Of a stretch of 49,174 nucleotides of DNA, positions 1 to 13,569 are shown piece after piece. The notes below the pieces were generated by a model. That model was not told the origin of the DNA, did not search any database, and saw only the letters and a program-made list of their open reading frames with translations. Source of the DNA: Nemertoderma westbladi. Taxonomy: Eukaryota > Animalia > Xenacoelomorpha. The number at the start of each line of letters is the position of its first letter. The stretch's first letter is position 1. Position numbers and translations under genes: made by a program. Location: assembly GCA_032718475.1 (NCBI GenBank), contig JAUCBJ010000971.1, positions 1 to 49,174 on the forward strand, in the 5' to 3' direction.

Positions 1-260
1 AGCATACCATCCTTTGAGCTTATGCTCATCCGATCAGAGACTTGCTGAGGACTTTCAAAGTTAACTGTCAAAATTTTGGTCTTTCTGGAGTTAATAAAAA
101 GACCAACACTAGAAGCAGCATGTTCTAATGAGCTGAGGAGCCGTTGGGCTCCCTCTAATGATTCTGAGAGTACTCCTAAGTCATCAGCAAAGTCTAGATC
201 AGTTAGGTACTTGGCAGGATTTCATCGACTTCTGGAGCCAGTAGGTGGAGTTATCATGGA
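1..260 (-). pseudogene. Non-LTR (RTE-like) retrotransposon reverse transcriptase fragment
   Basis: Manual minus-strand translation gives ...SRSR*NPAKYLTDLDFADDLGVLSESLEGAQRLLSSLEHAASSVGLFINSRKTKIL..., the RT catalytic (F/Y)ADD region typical of RTE-clade LINEs. It has an in-frame stop and is truncated at the adjacent minisatellite. Confidence 0.85.
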
Positions 261-261
261 G

Positions 262-2392
262 TGTATGGTTGACTGCCAACTCCTCCCTTATTGTATGGGG
301 GACTGCCAACTCCTCCCTTATTGTATAATTGACTGCTAACTCCTCCCTTATTGTATGGGGGACTGCCAACTCCTCCCTTATTGTATGGGGGACTGCCAAC
401 TCCTCCCTTATTGTACAGTTAACTGCCAACTCCTCCCTTATTGTATGGGGGACTGCCAACTCCTCCCTTATTGTATGGGGGCTGCCAACTCCTCCCTTAT
501 TGTATGGGGTGCTGCCAACTCCTCCCTTATTGTATGGGGTGCTGCCAACTCCTCCCTTATTATATGGGGGGCTGCCAACTCCTCCCTTATTGTATAGTTG
601 ACTGCCAACTCCTCCCTTATTGTATGGGGGCTGCCAACTCCTCCCTTATTGTATGGGGGGCTGCCAACTCCTCCCTTATTGCATGGGGGGCTGCCAACTC
701 CTCCCTTATTGTATAGTTGACTGCCAACTCCTCCCTTATTGTATAGTTGACTGCCAACTCATCCCTTATTGTATGGGGGACTGCCAACTCCTCCCTTATT
801 GTATAGTTGACTGCCAACTCCTTCCTTATTGTATGGTTAACTGCCAACTCCTCCCTTATTGTATGGGGGACTGCCAACTCCTCCCTTATTGTATGGGGAG
901 CTGCCAACTCCTCCCTTATTGTATAGTTGACTGCGAACTTCTCCCTTATTGTATGGTTGACTGCCAACTGCTCCCTTATTGTATGGGGGGCTGCAAATTC
1001 CTCCCTTATTGTATGGGGGGCTGCCAACTCCTCCCTTATTGTATGGGGGCTGCCAACTCCTCCCTTATTGTATGGGGAGCTGCCAACTCCTCCCTTATTG
1101 TATGGGGGGCTGCCAACTCCTCCCTTATTGTATAGTTGACTGCCAACTCCTCCCTTATAGTATGGGGGCTGCCAACTCCCCCCTTATTGTATGGGGGGCT
1201 GCCAACTCCTCCCTTATTGTATAGTTGACTGCCAACTCCTCCCTTATTGTATGGGGGACTGCCAACTCCTCCCTTATTGTATAGTTGACTGCCAACTCCT
1301 CCCTTATTGTATAGTTGACTGCCAACTCCTCCCTTATTGTATGGGGGACTGCCAACTCCTCCCTTATTGTATGGTTGACTGCCAACTCCTCCCTTATTGT
1401 ATAGTTGACTGCCAACTCCTCCCTTATTGTATGGGGGACTTCCAACTCCTCCCTTATTGTATGGGGGGCTGCCAACTCCTCCCTTATTATATGGGGGGCT
1501 GCCAACTCCTCCCTTATTGTATGGTTGACTGCCAACTCCTCCCTTATTGTATGGGGGACTGCCAACTCCTCCCTTATTGTATAATTGACTGCCAACTCCT
1601 CCCTTATTGTATGGGGGACTGCCAACTCCTCCCTTATTGTATGGGGGGCTGCCAACTCCTCCCTTATTGTATAGTTGACTGCCAACTCATCCCTTATTGT
1701 ATGGGGGACTGCTAACTTCTCCCTTATTGTATGGGGTGGCTGCTAACTCCTCCCTTATTGTATAGTTGACTGCCAACTCCTCCCTTATTGTATGGGGGAC
1801 TGCCAACTCCTCCCTTATTGTATGGTTGACTGCCAACTCCTCCCTTATTGTATAATTGACTGCCAACTCCTCCCTTATTGTATAATTGACTGCCAACTCC
1901 TCCCTTATTGTATGGGGGACTGCCAACTCCTCCCTTATTGTATGGGGGACTGCCAACTCCTCCCTTATTGTACAGTTGACTGCCAACTCCTCCCTTATTG
2001 TATGGGGGCTGCTAACTCCTCCCTTATTGTATGGGGTGCTGCCAACTCCTCCCTTATTATATGGGGGGCTGCCAACTCCTCCCTTATTGTACAGTTGACT
2101 GCCAACTCCTCCCTTATTGTATGGGGGCTGCTAACTCCTCCCTTATTGTATGGGGGACTGCCAACTCCTCCCTTATTGTATAATTGACTGCCAACTCCTC
2201 CCTTATTGTATGGGGGACTGCCAACTCCTCCCTTATTGTATGGGGGACTGCCAACTCATCCCTTATTGTATAGTTGACTGCCAACTCCTTCCTTATTGTA
2301 TAGTTGACTGCCAACTCCTCCCTTATTGCATGGTTGACTGCCATCTCCTCCCTTATTGTATGGGGGACTGCCAACTCCTCCCTTATTGTATG
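262..2392. repeat. 30-bp minisatellite (GACTGCCAACTCCTCCCTTATTGTATGGGG), about 70 copies, followed by a 19-nt poly-G at 2394-2412
   Basis: 30-bp periodicity is directly visible; variation is concentrated in the segment GGGGGA/GGGGGG/AGTTGA/GGTTGA/AATTGA. Confidence 0.97.
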
Positions 2393-3169
2393 AGGGGGGG
2401 GGGGGGGGGGGGACTATTACCCCAAATCTATTTTATTCTCAAATTGTTATTTTACGCTCGAATATACCCCCAAATCGTGAGAATAAATTTATCATTTTTC
2501 CCGAGGGAAAAAAAAGAATCCATAGGATTGCATTGATTTTACTTTTTTCCCGGCGAAAAAAGTGAAGTAAAATATTTTTGGTGGAATTTCATAAATTTTA
2601 TTACATATATTGAAAGAGCATCGACGTAGGAAAGGTTTGGAAGTAATTAGAGTAAAATCCATTCACACACTCAAAAGTTATTGAAACTTTAGTGTCTGCA
2701 GCAAGGCGAACTCCAAAACGGTACTCAACATCCAATATTGGTTTATGTAGTTAAGCGGCTCTCTAGTTACGTAATAAATAATCGAGAACATTAAATTATT
2801 TAACGTTGAGTAAGGCAGCATCTGGAGTTGAATGGTACAGTGATTTAAATTGCATTAACTATGGAAGCAATTAATATAGCAAACTACTACAGTTCAATTT
2901 ATTTTGTGCCACTATATCGCTGTAAGTTTAATTAAAGAATTAAGCAACAAAACAAGTACCAATTTAAGAATATAATTACGTATTACAGGGTAGGTGTAAA
3001 ACGCGGATCCGGATCCGGATTCAGGACCCGGATACGGATCAGGACCCGGATTTACGAGTGTAAAAGGCGGATCCGGATTTACATACAATCCGTAACTGAG
3101 TGTAATATGCGGATTCTGAAATACGCAATCCGTATTGCAGTGTAAAACGCGGATTCATATATTTTGTGA

Positions 3170-4255
3170 ATCCGGAATGGAGTGTAAAACACGGATTTAC
3201 GTTAATTACCAAGTTTTATTGGATCCGGAACGGAGTGTAAAACACGGATTTATCGTTAATTACCAAGTTTTATTGGATCCGGAATGGAGTGTAAAACACG
3301 GATTTTCGTTAATTACCAAGTTTTGTTGGATCCGGAATGGAGTGTAAAACACGGATTTACGTTAATTACCAAGTCCAAAACACGGATTTCGTTAATTACC
3401 AAGTTTTGTTGGATCCGGAATGGAGTGTAAAACACGGATTTACGTTAATTACCAAGTTTTATTGGATCCGGAATGGAGTGTAAAACACGGATTTACGTTA
3501 ATTACCAAGTTTTGTTGGATCCGGAATGGAGTGTAAAACACGGATTTACGTTAATTACCAAGTTTTGTTGGATCCGGAATGGAGTGTAAAACACGGATTT
3601 ACATTAATTACCAAGTTTTGTTGGATCCGGAATGGAGTGTAAAACACGGATTTAAATTAATTACCAAGTTTTGTTGGATCCGGAACTGAGTGTAAAACAC
3701 GGATTTACGTTAATTATCAAGTTTTATTGGATCCGGAATGGAGTGTAAAACACGGATTTACGTTAATTACCAAGTTTTGTTGGATCCGGGAAGGGAGTGT
3801 AAAACGCGGATTTCAATTCATTTACCAAGTGTTGCTGGATCCGGGAAGGGAGTGTAAAACGCGGATTCAAGTTAATTACCAAGTGTTACTGGATCCGGGA
3901 ATGGGGTGTAAAACGCGGATTCAAGTTATTTACCAAGTGTTGCTGGATCCGGGAAGGGAGTGTAAAACGCGGATTCAATTTATTTACCAAGTGTTGCTGG
4001 ATCCGGGAATGGTGTGTAAAACGCGGATTCACGTTATTTACCAAGTGTTGCTGGATCCGGGAACGGGGTGTAAAACGCGGATTCACGTTATTTACCAAGT
4101 GTTACTGGATCCGGGAAGGAGTGTAAAACGCGGATTCAATTTATTTACCAAGTGTTACTGGATCCGGGAAGGGGTGTAAAACGCGGATTCACATTTATTT
4201 ACCTAGTGTTACTGGATCCGGGAAGGAGTGTAAAATGCGGATTTACGTGAATTAC
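3170..4255 (+). repeat. Left-arm tandem array of a 53-55-bp unit (GGATCCGGAATGGAGTGTAAAACACGGATTTACGTTAATTACCAAGTTTTGTT), about 20 copies
   Basis: Direct periodicity; the inner copies are more diverged. Confidence 0.95.
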
Positions 4256-5014
4256 TGAGTTTGTTAATGAGGGACACAACTATTAATGAGGGACACAAAC
4301 ATTAATGGGGGACACCTTAATAGTTAATAGACACCTTAATAATTTGTCTATGCCTAGGGGCCACACATAAGCTTAATCCGGCTCTGGGGGACACCTTAAT
4401 AGGGGTCAATGCTTCCCAATGAATTATTAATAAGGGGCGATGGTGATGCTTAGCCGTCAGACTTTATTAGATATTGATTAGCTGAAAAACTACTACCGTG
4501 GGAACGTGACCTCTCTCGTAGAGCGGCTCTGTAGACAATTGTATGGTAGGATTACTGTCCTGTTCCCTGATTGGCTTATCCATCCCAACCTCCCTTACAA
4601 ACAAGAATAACTGTTCTGCCTAGCTGGCGGTAGTTTGTACTGCATCATAGCGTACTCGATTTAAGGCCTTGCAAGCGTGCTGCCTTCCTAATTTATGGAG
4701 GCTGAACTGTTCAGTATAATTTCTTATTTAATTTCTTATTAAACATGGATGACAGTGATGACTTTGTAAAGGTTCCATTTACGGGATTCGTTATTCCGAG
4801 TCCAACCAATGATACAGCCATTGTTGAGCCGCTTGAACTCACTACGCAAACATCGTGCACCCCGAGTCCGGAGAAGAAAAAAACCAGGAAAGTCCGCAAG
4901 CCAAGAAAAGTTACTAAAGAACAATAAACATTGCACTAATTAATAATTGTAACTATATGAGGTTCTGGGTCTTTATTGCATATGCGTTTTACAAATTGTT
5001 CATTAAAACTTACT

Positions 5015-7075
5015 AATTAACGAAAATCCGTGTTTTACACTCCATTCCGGATCCAATAAAACTTGGTAATTAACGTAAATCCGTGTTTTACACTCCATTC
5101 CGGATCCAATAAAACTTGGTAATTAACGTAAATCCGTGTTTTACACTCCATTCCGGATCCAACAAAACTTGGTAATTAACGAAAATCCGTGTTTTACACT
5201 CCATTCCGGATCCAATAAAACTTGGTAATTAACGTAAATCCGTGTTTTACACTCCATTCCGGATCCAATAAAACTTGGTAATTAACGAAAATCCGTGTTT
5301 TACACTCCATTCCGGATCCAATAAAACTTGGTAATTAACGTAAATCCGTGTTTTACACTCCATTCCGGATCCAACAAAACTTGGTAATTAACGAAAATCC
5401 GTGTTTTACACTCCATTCCGGATCCAATAAAACTTGGTAATTAACGTAAATCCGTGTTTTACACTCCATTCCGGATCCAACAAAACTTGGTAATTAACGT
5501 AAATCCGTGTTTTACACTCCATTCCGGATCCAATAAAACTTGGTAATTAACGTAAATCCGTGTTTTACACTCCATTCCGGATACCAACAAAACTTGGTAA
5601 TTAACGAAAATCCGTGTTTTACACTCCATTCCGGATCCAATAAAACTTGGTAATTAACGTAAATCCGTGTTTTACACTCCATTCCGGATCCAATAAAACT
5701 TGGTAATTAACGTAAATCCGTGTTTTACACTCCATTCCGGATCCAACAAAACTTGGTAATTAACGTAAATCCGTGTTTTACACTCCATTCCGGATCCAAT
5801 AAAACTTGGTAATTAACGTAAATCCGTGTTTTACACTCCATTCCGGATCCAATAAAACTTGGTAATTAACGTAAATCCGTGTTTTACACTCCATTCCGGA
5901 TCCAATAAAACTTGGTAATTAACGTAAATCCGTGTTTTACACTCCATTCCGGATCCAATAAAACTTGGTAATTAACGTAAATCCGTGTTTTACACTCCAT
6001 TCCGGATCCAATAAAACTTGGTAATTAACGTAAATCCGTGTTTTACACTCCATTCCGGATCCAATAAAACTTGGTAATTAACGAAAATCCGTGTTTTACA
6101 CTCCATTCCGGATCCAATAAAACTTGGTAATTAACGTAAATCCGTGTTTTACACTCCATTCCGGATCCAATAAAACTTGGTAATTAACGTAAATCCGTGT
6201 TTTACACTCCATTCCGGATCCAACAAAACTTGGTAATTAACGAAAATCCGTGTTTTACACTCCATTCCGGATCCAATAAAACTTGGTAATTAACGTAAAT
6301 CCGTGTTTTACACTCCATTCCGGATCCAATAAAACTTGGTAATTAACGAAAATCCGTGTTTTACAATCCATTCCGGATACAACAAAACTTGGTAATTAAC
6401 GAAAATCCGTGTTTTACACTCCATTCCGGATCCAATAAAACTTGGTAATTAACGTAAATCCGTGTTTTACACTCCATTCCGGATCCAATAAAACTTGGTA
6501 ATTAACGTAAATCCGTGTTTTACACTCCATTCCGGATCCAATAAAACTTGGTAATTAACGTAAATCCGTGTTTTACACTCCATTCCGGATCCAATAAAAC
6601 TTGGTAATTAACGAAAATCCGTGTTTTACACTCCATTCCGGATCCAATAAAACTTGGTAATTAACGTAAATCCGTGTTTTACACTCCATTCCGGATCCAA
6701 TAAAACTTGGTAATTAACGTAAATCCGTGTTTTACACTCCATTCCGGATCCAACAAAACTTGGTAATTAACGAAAATCCGTGTTTTACACTCCATTCCGG
6801 ATCCAATAAAACTTGGTAATTAACGTAAATCCGTGTTTTACACTCCATTCCGGATCCAATAAAACTTGGTAATTAACGAAAATCCGTGTTTTACACTCCA
6901 TTCCGGATCCAATAAAACTTGGTAATTAACGTAAATCCGTGTTTTACACTCCATTCCGGATCCAATAAAACTTGGTAATTAACGTAAATCCGTGTTTTAC
7001 ACTCCATTCCGGATCCAATAAAACTTGGTAATTAACTTGAATCCGCGTTTTACACTCCGTTCCGGATCCAATAAA
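5015..7075 (-). repeat. Right-arm tandem array of the same 53-bp unit in inverted orientation, about 38 highly homogeneous copies
   Basis: 53-bp period (e.g. TCCATTC at 5041 and 5094); reverse complement of the left-arm unit. Confidence 0.96.
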
Positions 7076-8725
7076 ACTTTGTATTAAACCTGAATCCGTA
7101 TTTTACACCCAATCCCGGATTCAGTAGAAATATGAATCCGCGTTTTACACTCCGTTCAGGATTTAGCCTACAACATGAATCCGCGCTTTACACTCCGTTC
7201 CGGATCTGAAAAAAAGGCCAATCCGCGTTTTACACTCGGTTACGGATTCGGTAAATTTAGCAGTGCGCGGATCCGCAGATTACACCCTAAAAATGTAAAT
7301 TCAGTCGACTTCCATAGGGACAATGTTAAATGATAGAATCCGGATCCTGATCCGGATCCGCGTTTTACTCTGACCCCGTATTACATGGGGAAAAAGACGT
7401 AGAACATTTTTTTTTCAATATTCTCTCGACCCTTTATTAACCTCGCAGACAATCGTTAAATAAAATGCCTCGAGAATAGTGAAAAAAATGTTATACTTTG
7501 TTTCCCATGTAATAAATAATTATTATTCTCAAATTGTTACTCTTTCGCTCGAATATACCCCAAAATCGGGAGAAAAAGTTTTTCCTTAGGGAAAAAAAGT
7601 AATCAACAGGATTGCATTTATTTTACTTTTTTCCCGGCGAAAAAAGTGAAGTAAAATATTTTTGGTGGAATTTCTTAAATTTTAGTACATATATTGAAAG
7701 AACATCAAAGTAGAAAAGGTTTGCAAGTAATTTGAGCAAAATCCATTCACACACTCAAAAGTTATTGCAACTTTAGTGTCTGTGCGGCGAACTCCAAAAC
7801 GGAACTCAATATCCAATATTGGTTTATGTAGTTAAGCTCTCTAGTTCTCTAGTTACGTAATAAATATTCTAGAACACTAAGTTATTTTAACATTGAGTAA
7901 GGTAGCATCAGGAGTTGGAGAGTTCAGTAATATGAATCGCAGTAACTATGAAAGCATTATAGTAAAATACTACAGTTCAATATATTTTGTAACACTACTA
8001 ACTCTACTGCAGTATATCGCTACGTTTTAGTAAAGAATTTAGCAACAAAAAGTACAAATTTAAGAATAAAATTACGTATTACATGGGAAAAAAACGTTAG
8101 AACATTATTTTTAAAACATTCTTTCGACACTTTATTAACATCGCTCGCGCTCGGTAAATGAAATGCCTCAAGAATAATGAAAAAAAGTTCTACTTTTTTC
8201 CCATGTAATAAATAATTATTTGTCTGACTTTTTAATCCTAAATAAAGAATATTTAGTTAAATTTGGAATGAAATATATTGCAATCGTCGGCAGAAAGGAT
8301 AAATTGACAAACGTCAATAACTTTTTAATTAATATCCGATCGGTTATCACAAGGTGATAACCGTTTAACTCTTTAATCTAAATTTTATACTTAGTAAATA
8401 TTCCGGAACAATAAAAGTATGTTCTAGAACATATAGCGGGATTTACGACCTAGACATGTAGCGTTTTGTTCACACATTAGAAGGAGTGGAAACTTATAGA
8501 AAATCCAAAGGTATATATGGGGTTTGAATCTATGGAAGAGAAAGACTAATTAATCTCGAGTAAAGAAAAAGCAAAAATTAATTCATTTGTAATTTTATTT
8601 GAAATTCATTCCATATAAAATTCATTTACAAAGAATTAAAGAAATGCGTGCGTGACTTCGTCATGTATAATATTATTAAATAAAGAACCAGTTTGTAGGT
8701 AAATCATTAAACACGAATATAGAAA

Positions 8726-10167
8726 ACACGAAGTGGGGCCTTCGCGCAGCACGTGAAATGAGTTAATGCTAAGTATCAACTCGAAAGGATTATAAAAACA
8801 TAGGAGAAGATTTTCCCGGAAAACGTTAACCCTCTAGCGGGAGACTGGGTAACTGAAGAAGGAAGGATTAGTTTCCCTACAAAGCCACAGCCTATGGTCT
8901 ATTACATATCTACCAAGTTTCCGATTGACGGATCATAAATAACGAAATGTTGGAAGGTTTTCACTTTCATACATTTAGCCCTCTAGCGGCATATTAAAGA
9001 ACTACGGATCGATCACCTTCCTCACAAAGACGAGGCATGTGGTCTAGTACATACCGGTACTGTATATTCCAAAATTCAGCTTAAATAGATTAAGATCAAG
9101 GAATTCGCGAAGGTTATCACTTTCCTACATTTCGCCCTCTAGCGGCAGACTCGAAAACTCCGGACCGATTACTGTCCACACAAAGACTTAGGATGTCTTC
9201 TAGTACATATATGACAAGTTTCAGCGTAATCAGATCATAAACAACTAAATGGAAGAATAATTTCACATTCGGGACATTTCGCCCTCTAGCGGCAGACTGG
9301 AGAACTGCAGACAGATTAGCCTCCTTTGACATTTACAGCTAATGGTCTAGTACATACTTCCCAAGTTTCAGCTTAAACGGATTAAAAGCAAAGAAATGGG
9401 TGGCCATTTAATGTTTAGACATGTGGCCCTCTAGCGGGAGACTGGAAAACTTCGGACCGATTACAATCCACACAAAGACTCAGGATGTCATCTAGTACAT
9501 ATATGACAAGTTTCAGCGTAATCAGATCATAAACAACTAAATGGAAGAATAATTTCACATTCGGGACATTTCGCCCTCTAGCGGCAGACTGGAGAACTGC
9601 AGACAGATTAGCCTCCTTTGAAATTTACAGCTAATGGTCTAGTACATACTTCCCAAGTTTCAGCTTAAACGGATTAAAAGCAAAGAAATGGGTGGCCATT
9701 TAATGTTTAGACATGTGGCCCTCTAGCGGGAGACTGGAAAACTTCGGACCGATTACAATCCACACAAAGACTCAGGATGTCATCTAGTACATATATGACA
9801 AGTTTCAGCGTAATCAGATCATAAACAACTAAATGGAAGAATAATTTCACATTCGGGACATTTCGCCCTCTAGCGGCAGACTGGAGAACTGCAGACAGAT
9901 TAGCCTCCTTTGAAATTTACAGCTAATGGTCTAGTACATACTTCCCAAGTTTCAGCTTAAACGGATTAAGAGCAAAGAAATGGGTGGCCATTTAATGTTT
10001 AGACATGTGGCCCTCTAGCGGGAGACCATTGCACTGATGGTGTCTGAAAGTCTCTCAAAAATCTCAACTTTTGGTCATATTGATACCTACAAATTTTCAA
10101 CTTGGCAGCTTTAAATCCGACAAAGTTATTAGCATGTCAAAATCGTAACGACGACGACAACGACGAC

Positions 10168-10199
<32 letters not shown>

Positions 10200-10278
10200 C
10201 AACTATTTGCATAAATTGACCCACCCCCTAACAGTGTCAATTCGCTAAGGCTCCGCCAACTTCGTGGCTCGCCCCACA
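8726..10278 (-). mobile_element. Helentron-associated (HINE/DINE-1-like) non-autonomous element with (GTC)n microsatellite and 292-bp internal tandem repeats
   Basis: Same ends as the 43840-45139 copy (TGTGGGGCGAGCCACGAAG... / ...CACGTGCTGCGCGAAGGCCCCACTTCGTGT). Microsatellite at 10148-10200. The 292-bp unit recurs at 9421, 9713 and 10005. Confidence 0.75.
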
Positions 10279-10385
10279 ATAAAACAAGAAATGAAACAAA
10301 AACATAAAATAAGTGAAATTAACAGAATATCGGCAATTAAATGAATATCGGTGAAGACGATATTGCACTGCAGTGAACTGAGCGC

Positions 10386-13097
10386 TACGGACCCACTTCC
10401 TCCCCACACAATCCTTCTCCTGTCCCTCCCCTACGGACACTTCCTCCCCACACAATCCTTCCCCTGTCCCTCCCCCACGGACACTTCCTCCCCACACAAT
10501 CCTTCCCCTGTCCCTCCCATACGGACACTTCCTCCCCACACAATCCTTCCCCTGTCCCTCCCCTACGGACACTTCCTCCCCACACAATCCTTCCCCTGTC
10601 CCTCCCCTACGGACACTTCCTTCCCACACAATCCTTCCCCTGTCCCTCCCCTACGGACACTTCCTCCCCACACAATCCTTCCCCTGTCCCTCCCCTACGG
10701 ACACTTCCTCCCCACACAATCCTTCCCCTGTCCCTCCCCTACGGACACTTCCTCCCCACACAATCCTTCCCCTGTCCCTCCCCTACGGACACTTCCTCCC
10801 CACACAATCCTTCCCCTGTCCCTCCCCTACGGACACTTCCTCCCCACACAATCCTTCCCCTGTCCCCCCCTACGGACACTTCCTCCCCACACAATCCTTC
10901 CCCTGTCCCCCCCCTACGGACACTTCCTCCCCACACAATCCTTCCCCTGTCCCCCCCTACGGACACTTCCTCCCCACACAATCCTTCCCCTGTCCCTCCC
11001 CCACGGACACTTCCTCCCCACACAATCCTTCCCCTGTCCCTCCCCTACGGACACTTCCTCCCCACACAATCCTTCCCCTGTCCCTCCCCCACGGACACTT
11101 CCTCCCCACACAATCCTTCCCCTGTCCCTCCCCTACGGACACTTCCTCCCCACACAATCCTTCCCCTGTCCCTCCCCCACGGACACTTCCTCCCCACACA
11201 ATCCTTCCCCTGTCCCTCCCCCACGGACACTTCCTCCCCACACAATCCTTCCCCTGTCCCTCCCCTACGGACACTTCCTCCCCACACAATCCTTCCCCTG
11301 TCCCTCCCCTACGGACACTTCCTCCCCACACAATCCTTCCCCTGTCCCTCCCCTACGGACACTTCCTCCCCACACAATCCTTCCCCTGTCCCTCCCCTAC
11401 GGACACTTCCTCCCCACACAATCCTTCCCCTGTCCCTCCCCTACGGACACTTCCTCCCCACACAATCCTTCCCCTGTCCCTCCCCTACGGACACTTCCTC
11501 CCCACACAATCCTTCCCCTGTCCCTCCCCTACGGACACTTCCTCCCCACACAATCCTTCCCCTGTCCCTCCCCCACGGACACTTCCTCCCCACACAATCC
11601 TTCCCCTGTCCCTCCCCTACGGACACTTCCTCCCCACACAATCCTTCCCCTGTCCCTCCCCTACGGACACTTCCTCCCCACACAATCCTTCCCCTGTCCC
11701 TCCCCTACGGACACTTCCTCCCCACACAATCCTTCCCCTGTCCCCCCCTACGGACACTTCCTCCCCACACAATCCTTCCCCTGTCCCCCCCTACGGACAC
11801 TTCCTCCCCACACAATCCTTCCCCTGTCCCTCCCCTACGGACACTTCCTCCCCACACAATCCTTCCCCTGTCCCTCCCCTACGGACACTTCCTCCCCACA
11901 CAATCCTTCCCCTGTCCCTCCCCTACGGACACTTCCTCCCCACACAATCCTTCCCCTGTCCCTCCCCTACGGACACTTCCTCCCCACACAATCCTTCCCC
12001 TGTCCCTCCCCTACGGACACTTCCTCCCCACACAATCCTTCCCCTGTCCCTCCCCTACGGACACTTCCTCCCCACACAATCCTTCCCCTGTCCCTCCCCC
12101 ACGGACACTTCCTCCCCACACAATCCTTCCCCTGTCCCTCCCCTACGGACACTTCCTCCCCACACAATCCTTCCCCTGTCCCTCCCCTACGGACACTTCC
12201 TCCCCACACAATCCTTCCCCTGTCCCTCCCCTACGGACACTTCCTCCCCACACAATCCTTCCCCTGTCCCCCCCTACGGACACTTCCTCCCCACACAATC
12301 CTTCCCCTGTCCCCCCCTACGGACACTTCCTCCCCACACAATCCTTCCCCTGTCCCTCCCCTACGGACACTTCCTCCCCACACAATCCTTCCCCTGTCCC
12401 TCCCCTACGGACACTTCCTCCCCACACAATCCTTCCCCTGTCCCTCCCCCACGGACACTTCCTCCCCACACAATCCTTCCCCTGTCCCTCCCCTACGGAC
12501 ACTTCCTCCCCACACAATCCTTCCCCTGTCCCTCCCCCACGGACACTTCCTCCCCACACAATCCTTCCCCTGTCCCTCCCCTACGGACACTTCCTCCCCA
12601 CACAATCCTTCCCCTGTCCCCCCCTACGGACACTTCCTCCCCACACAATCCTTCCCCTGTCCCTCCCCTACGGACACTTCCTCCCCACACAATCCTTCCC
12701 CTGTCCCCCCCTACGGACACTTCCTCCCCACACAATCCTTCCCCTGTCCCTCCCCTACGGACACTTCCTCCCCACACAATCCTTCCCCTGTCCCTCCCCT
12801 ACGGACACTTCCTCCCCACACAATCCTTCCCCTGTCCCTCCCCTACGGACACTTCCTCCCCACACAATCCTTCCCCTGTCCCTCCCCTTCGGACACTTCC
12901 TCCCCACACAATCCTTCCCCTGTCCCTCCCCTACGGACACTTCCTCCCCACACAATCCTTCCCCTGTCCCTCCCCTACGGACACTTCCTCCCCACACAAT
13001 CCTTCCCCTGTCCCTCCCCCACGGACACTTCCTCCCCACACAATCCTTCCCCTGTCCCTCCCCTACGGACACTTCCTCCCCACACAATCCTTCCCCT
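10386..13097 (-). repeat. 44-bp minisatellite (about 61 copies) derived from the last codons and stop codon of ACTL6
   Basis: Minus-strand unit CAGGGGAAGGATTGTGTGGGGAGGAAGTGTCCGTAGGGGAGGGA = [11 protein letters not shown] plus 8 nt. The first unit is the real end of the CDS. Confidence 0.97.
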
Positions 13098-13569
13098 GCT
13101 CCTCGTACTCCTGTCTACTGATCCACATCTGCTGGAAGGTCCCCAACGAGGCCAGTATAGAACCCCCGATCCAACTAGAGAACCTCCGCTCCGATGAACC
13201 TCCGGAGTTCACCAACTTCAACCGGATGTTATTCGGGGTTTTCTGCACGAGTTCGCGATTCAGCCGGTCGTTGAACCCCATTAGTAGCGAGTTACCCCCG
13301 GTAACAATCACGCTGTTGTACAACCCGACCCGCAGATCCGAGTCGCACATGTTAACCGCGGTGGTGACGATCTGCGGCACGCCGAACATGTGTCCGGACT
13401 CACGGGTGGAAGCCGAGACGCCCTGGATAAAACTCGGGTTGAACAGAGATTCGCAGACGCGAAGGCGATCGTCGGCGAACTCGTGGTTGAAACCGTTGGC
13501 GAACTCGTAGTGAACGGAAGGGACGGACAACGCGGTGGTGTCGTCGTCGAAGGTTACATCGTCGTAGAC
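13063..13569 (-). CDS. ACTL6A: Actin-like protein 6 (BAF53/Arp4), coding exon 2
   Basis: Acceptor ...CCCGATTAG|GTC at 13570/13569, in frame with ORF 13063-13530. Encodes VHYEFANG...[11 protein letters not shown]...[42 protein letters not shown], the characteristic ACTL6 C-terminus. The A/B paralog distinction probably does not apply. Confidence 0.93.
   Translation of the reverse strand, partial: VYDDVTFDDDTTALSVPSVHYEFANGFNHEFADDRLRVCESLFNPSFIQGVSASTRESGHMFGVPQIVTTAVNMCDSDLRVGLYNSVIVTGGNSLLMGFNDRLNRELVQKTPNNIRLKLVNSGGSSERRFSSWIGGSILASLGTFQQMWISRQEYEEQGKDCVGRKCP

Larger units (their letters stand above)
2988..7376. mobile_element. Foldback-type (Mutator/MULE-like) non-autonomous DNA transposon with long modular inverted arms
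   Basis: 9-bp TSD CGTATTACA (2979-2987 and 7377-7385). Termini GGGTAGGTGTAAAACGCGGATCCGGAT / ATCCGGATCCGCGTTTTACTCTGACCC are inverted. The arms are opposite-orientation arrays of a 53-bp unit. The empty site is seen in the paralogous copy near 8075. Confidence 0.9.
2433..8220. mobile_element. Two head-to-tail copies of a ~700-bp non-autonomous repeat (copy 1 = 2433-2987 + 7386-7521, split by the foldback element; copy 2 = 7522-8220)
   Basis: TATTCTCAAATTGTTA...CGCTCGAATATACCCC...CCCATGTAATAAATAATTATT occurs twice. Each copy ends in an imperfect hairpin TATTACATGGG...CCCATGTAATA. Superfamily is uncertain. Confidence 0.75.

Noticed and set aside
262-2392. Possible CRISPR array (30-bp repeats) and the many ORFs over it
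   Set aside because: Units are contiguous with no unique spacers, there are no cas genes and the context is eukaryotic. The ORFs are translations of the repeat.
3135-4179. ORFs with repeated YQVLLDP...CKTRI motifs
   Set aside because: These are translations of the 53-54-bp foldback arm units.
10351-13197. 948-aa Pro-rich ORF on the plus strand
   Set aside because: It is an antisense read-through of the 44-bp minisatellite, which lacks stops on this strand; GTG start and no protein features.
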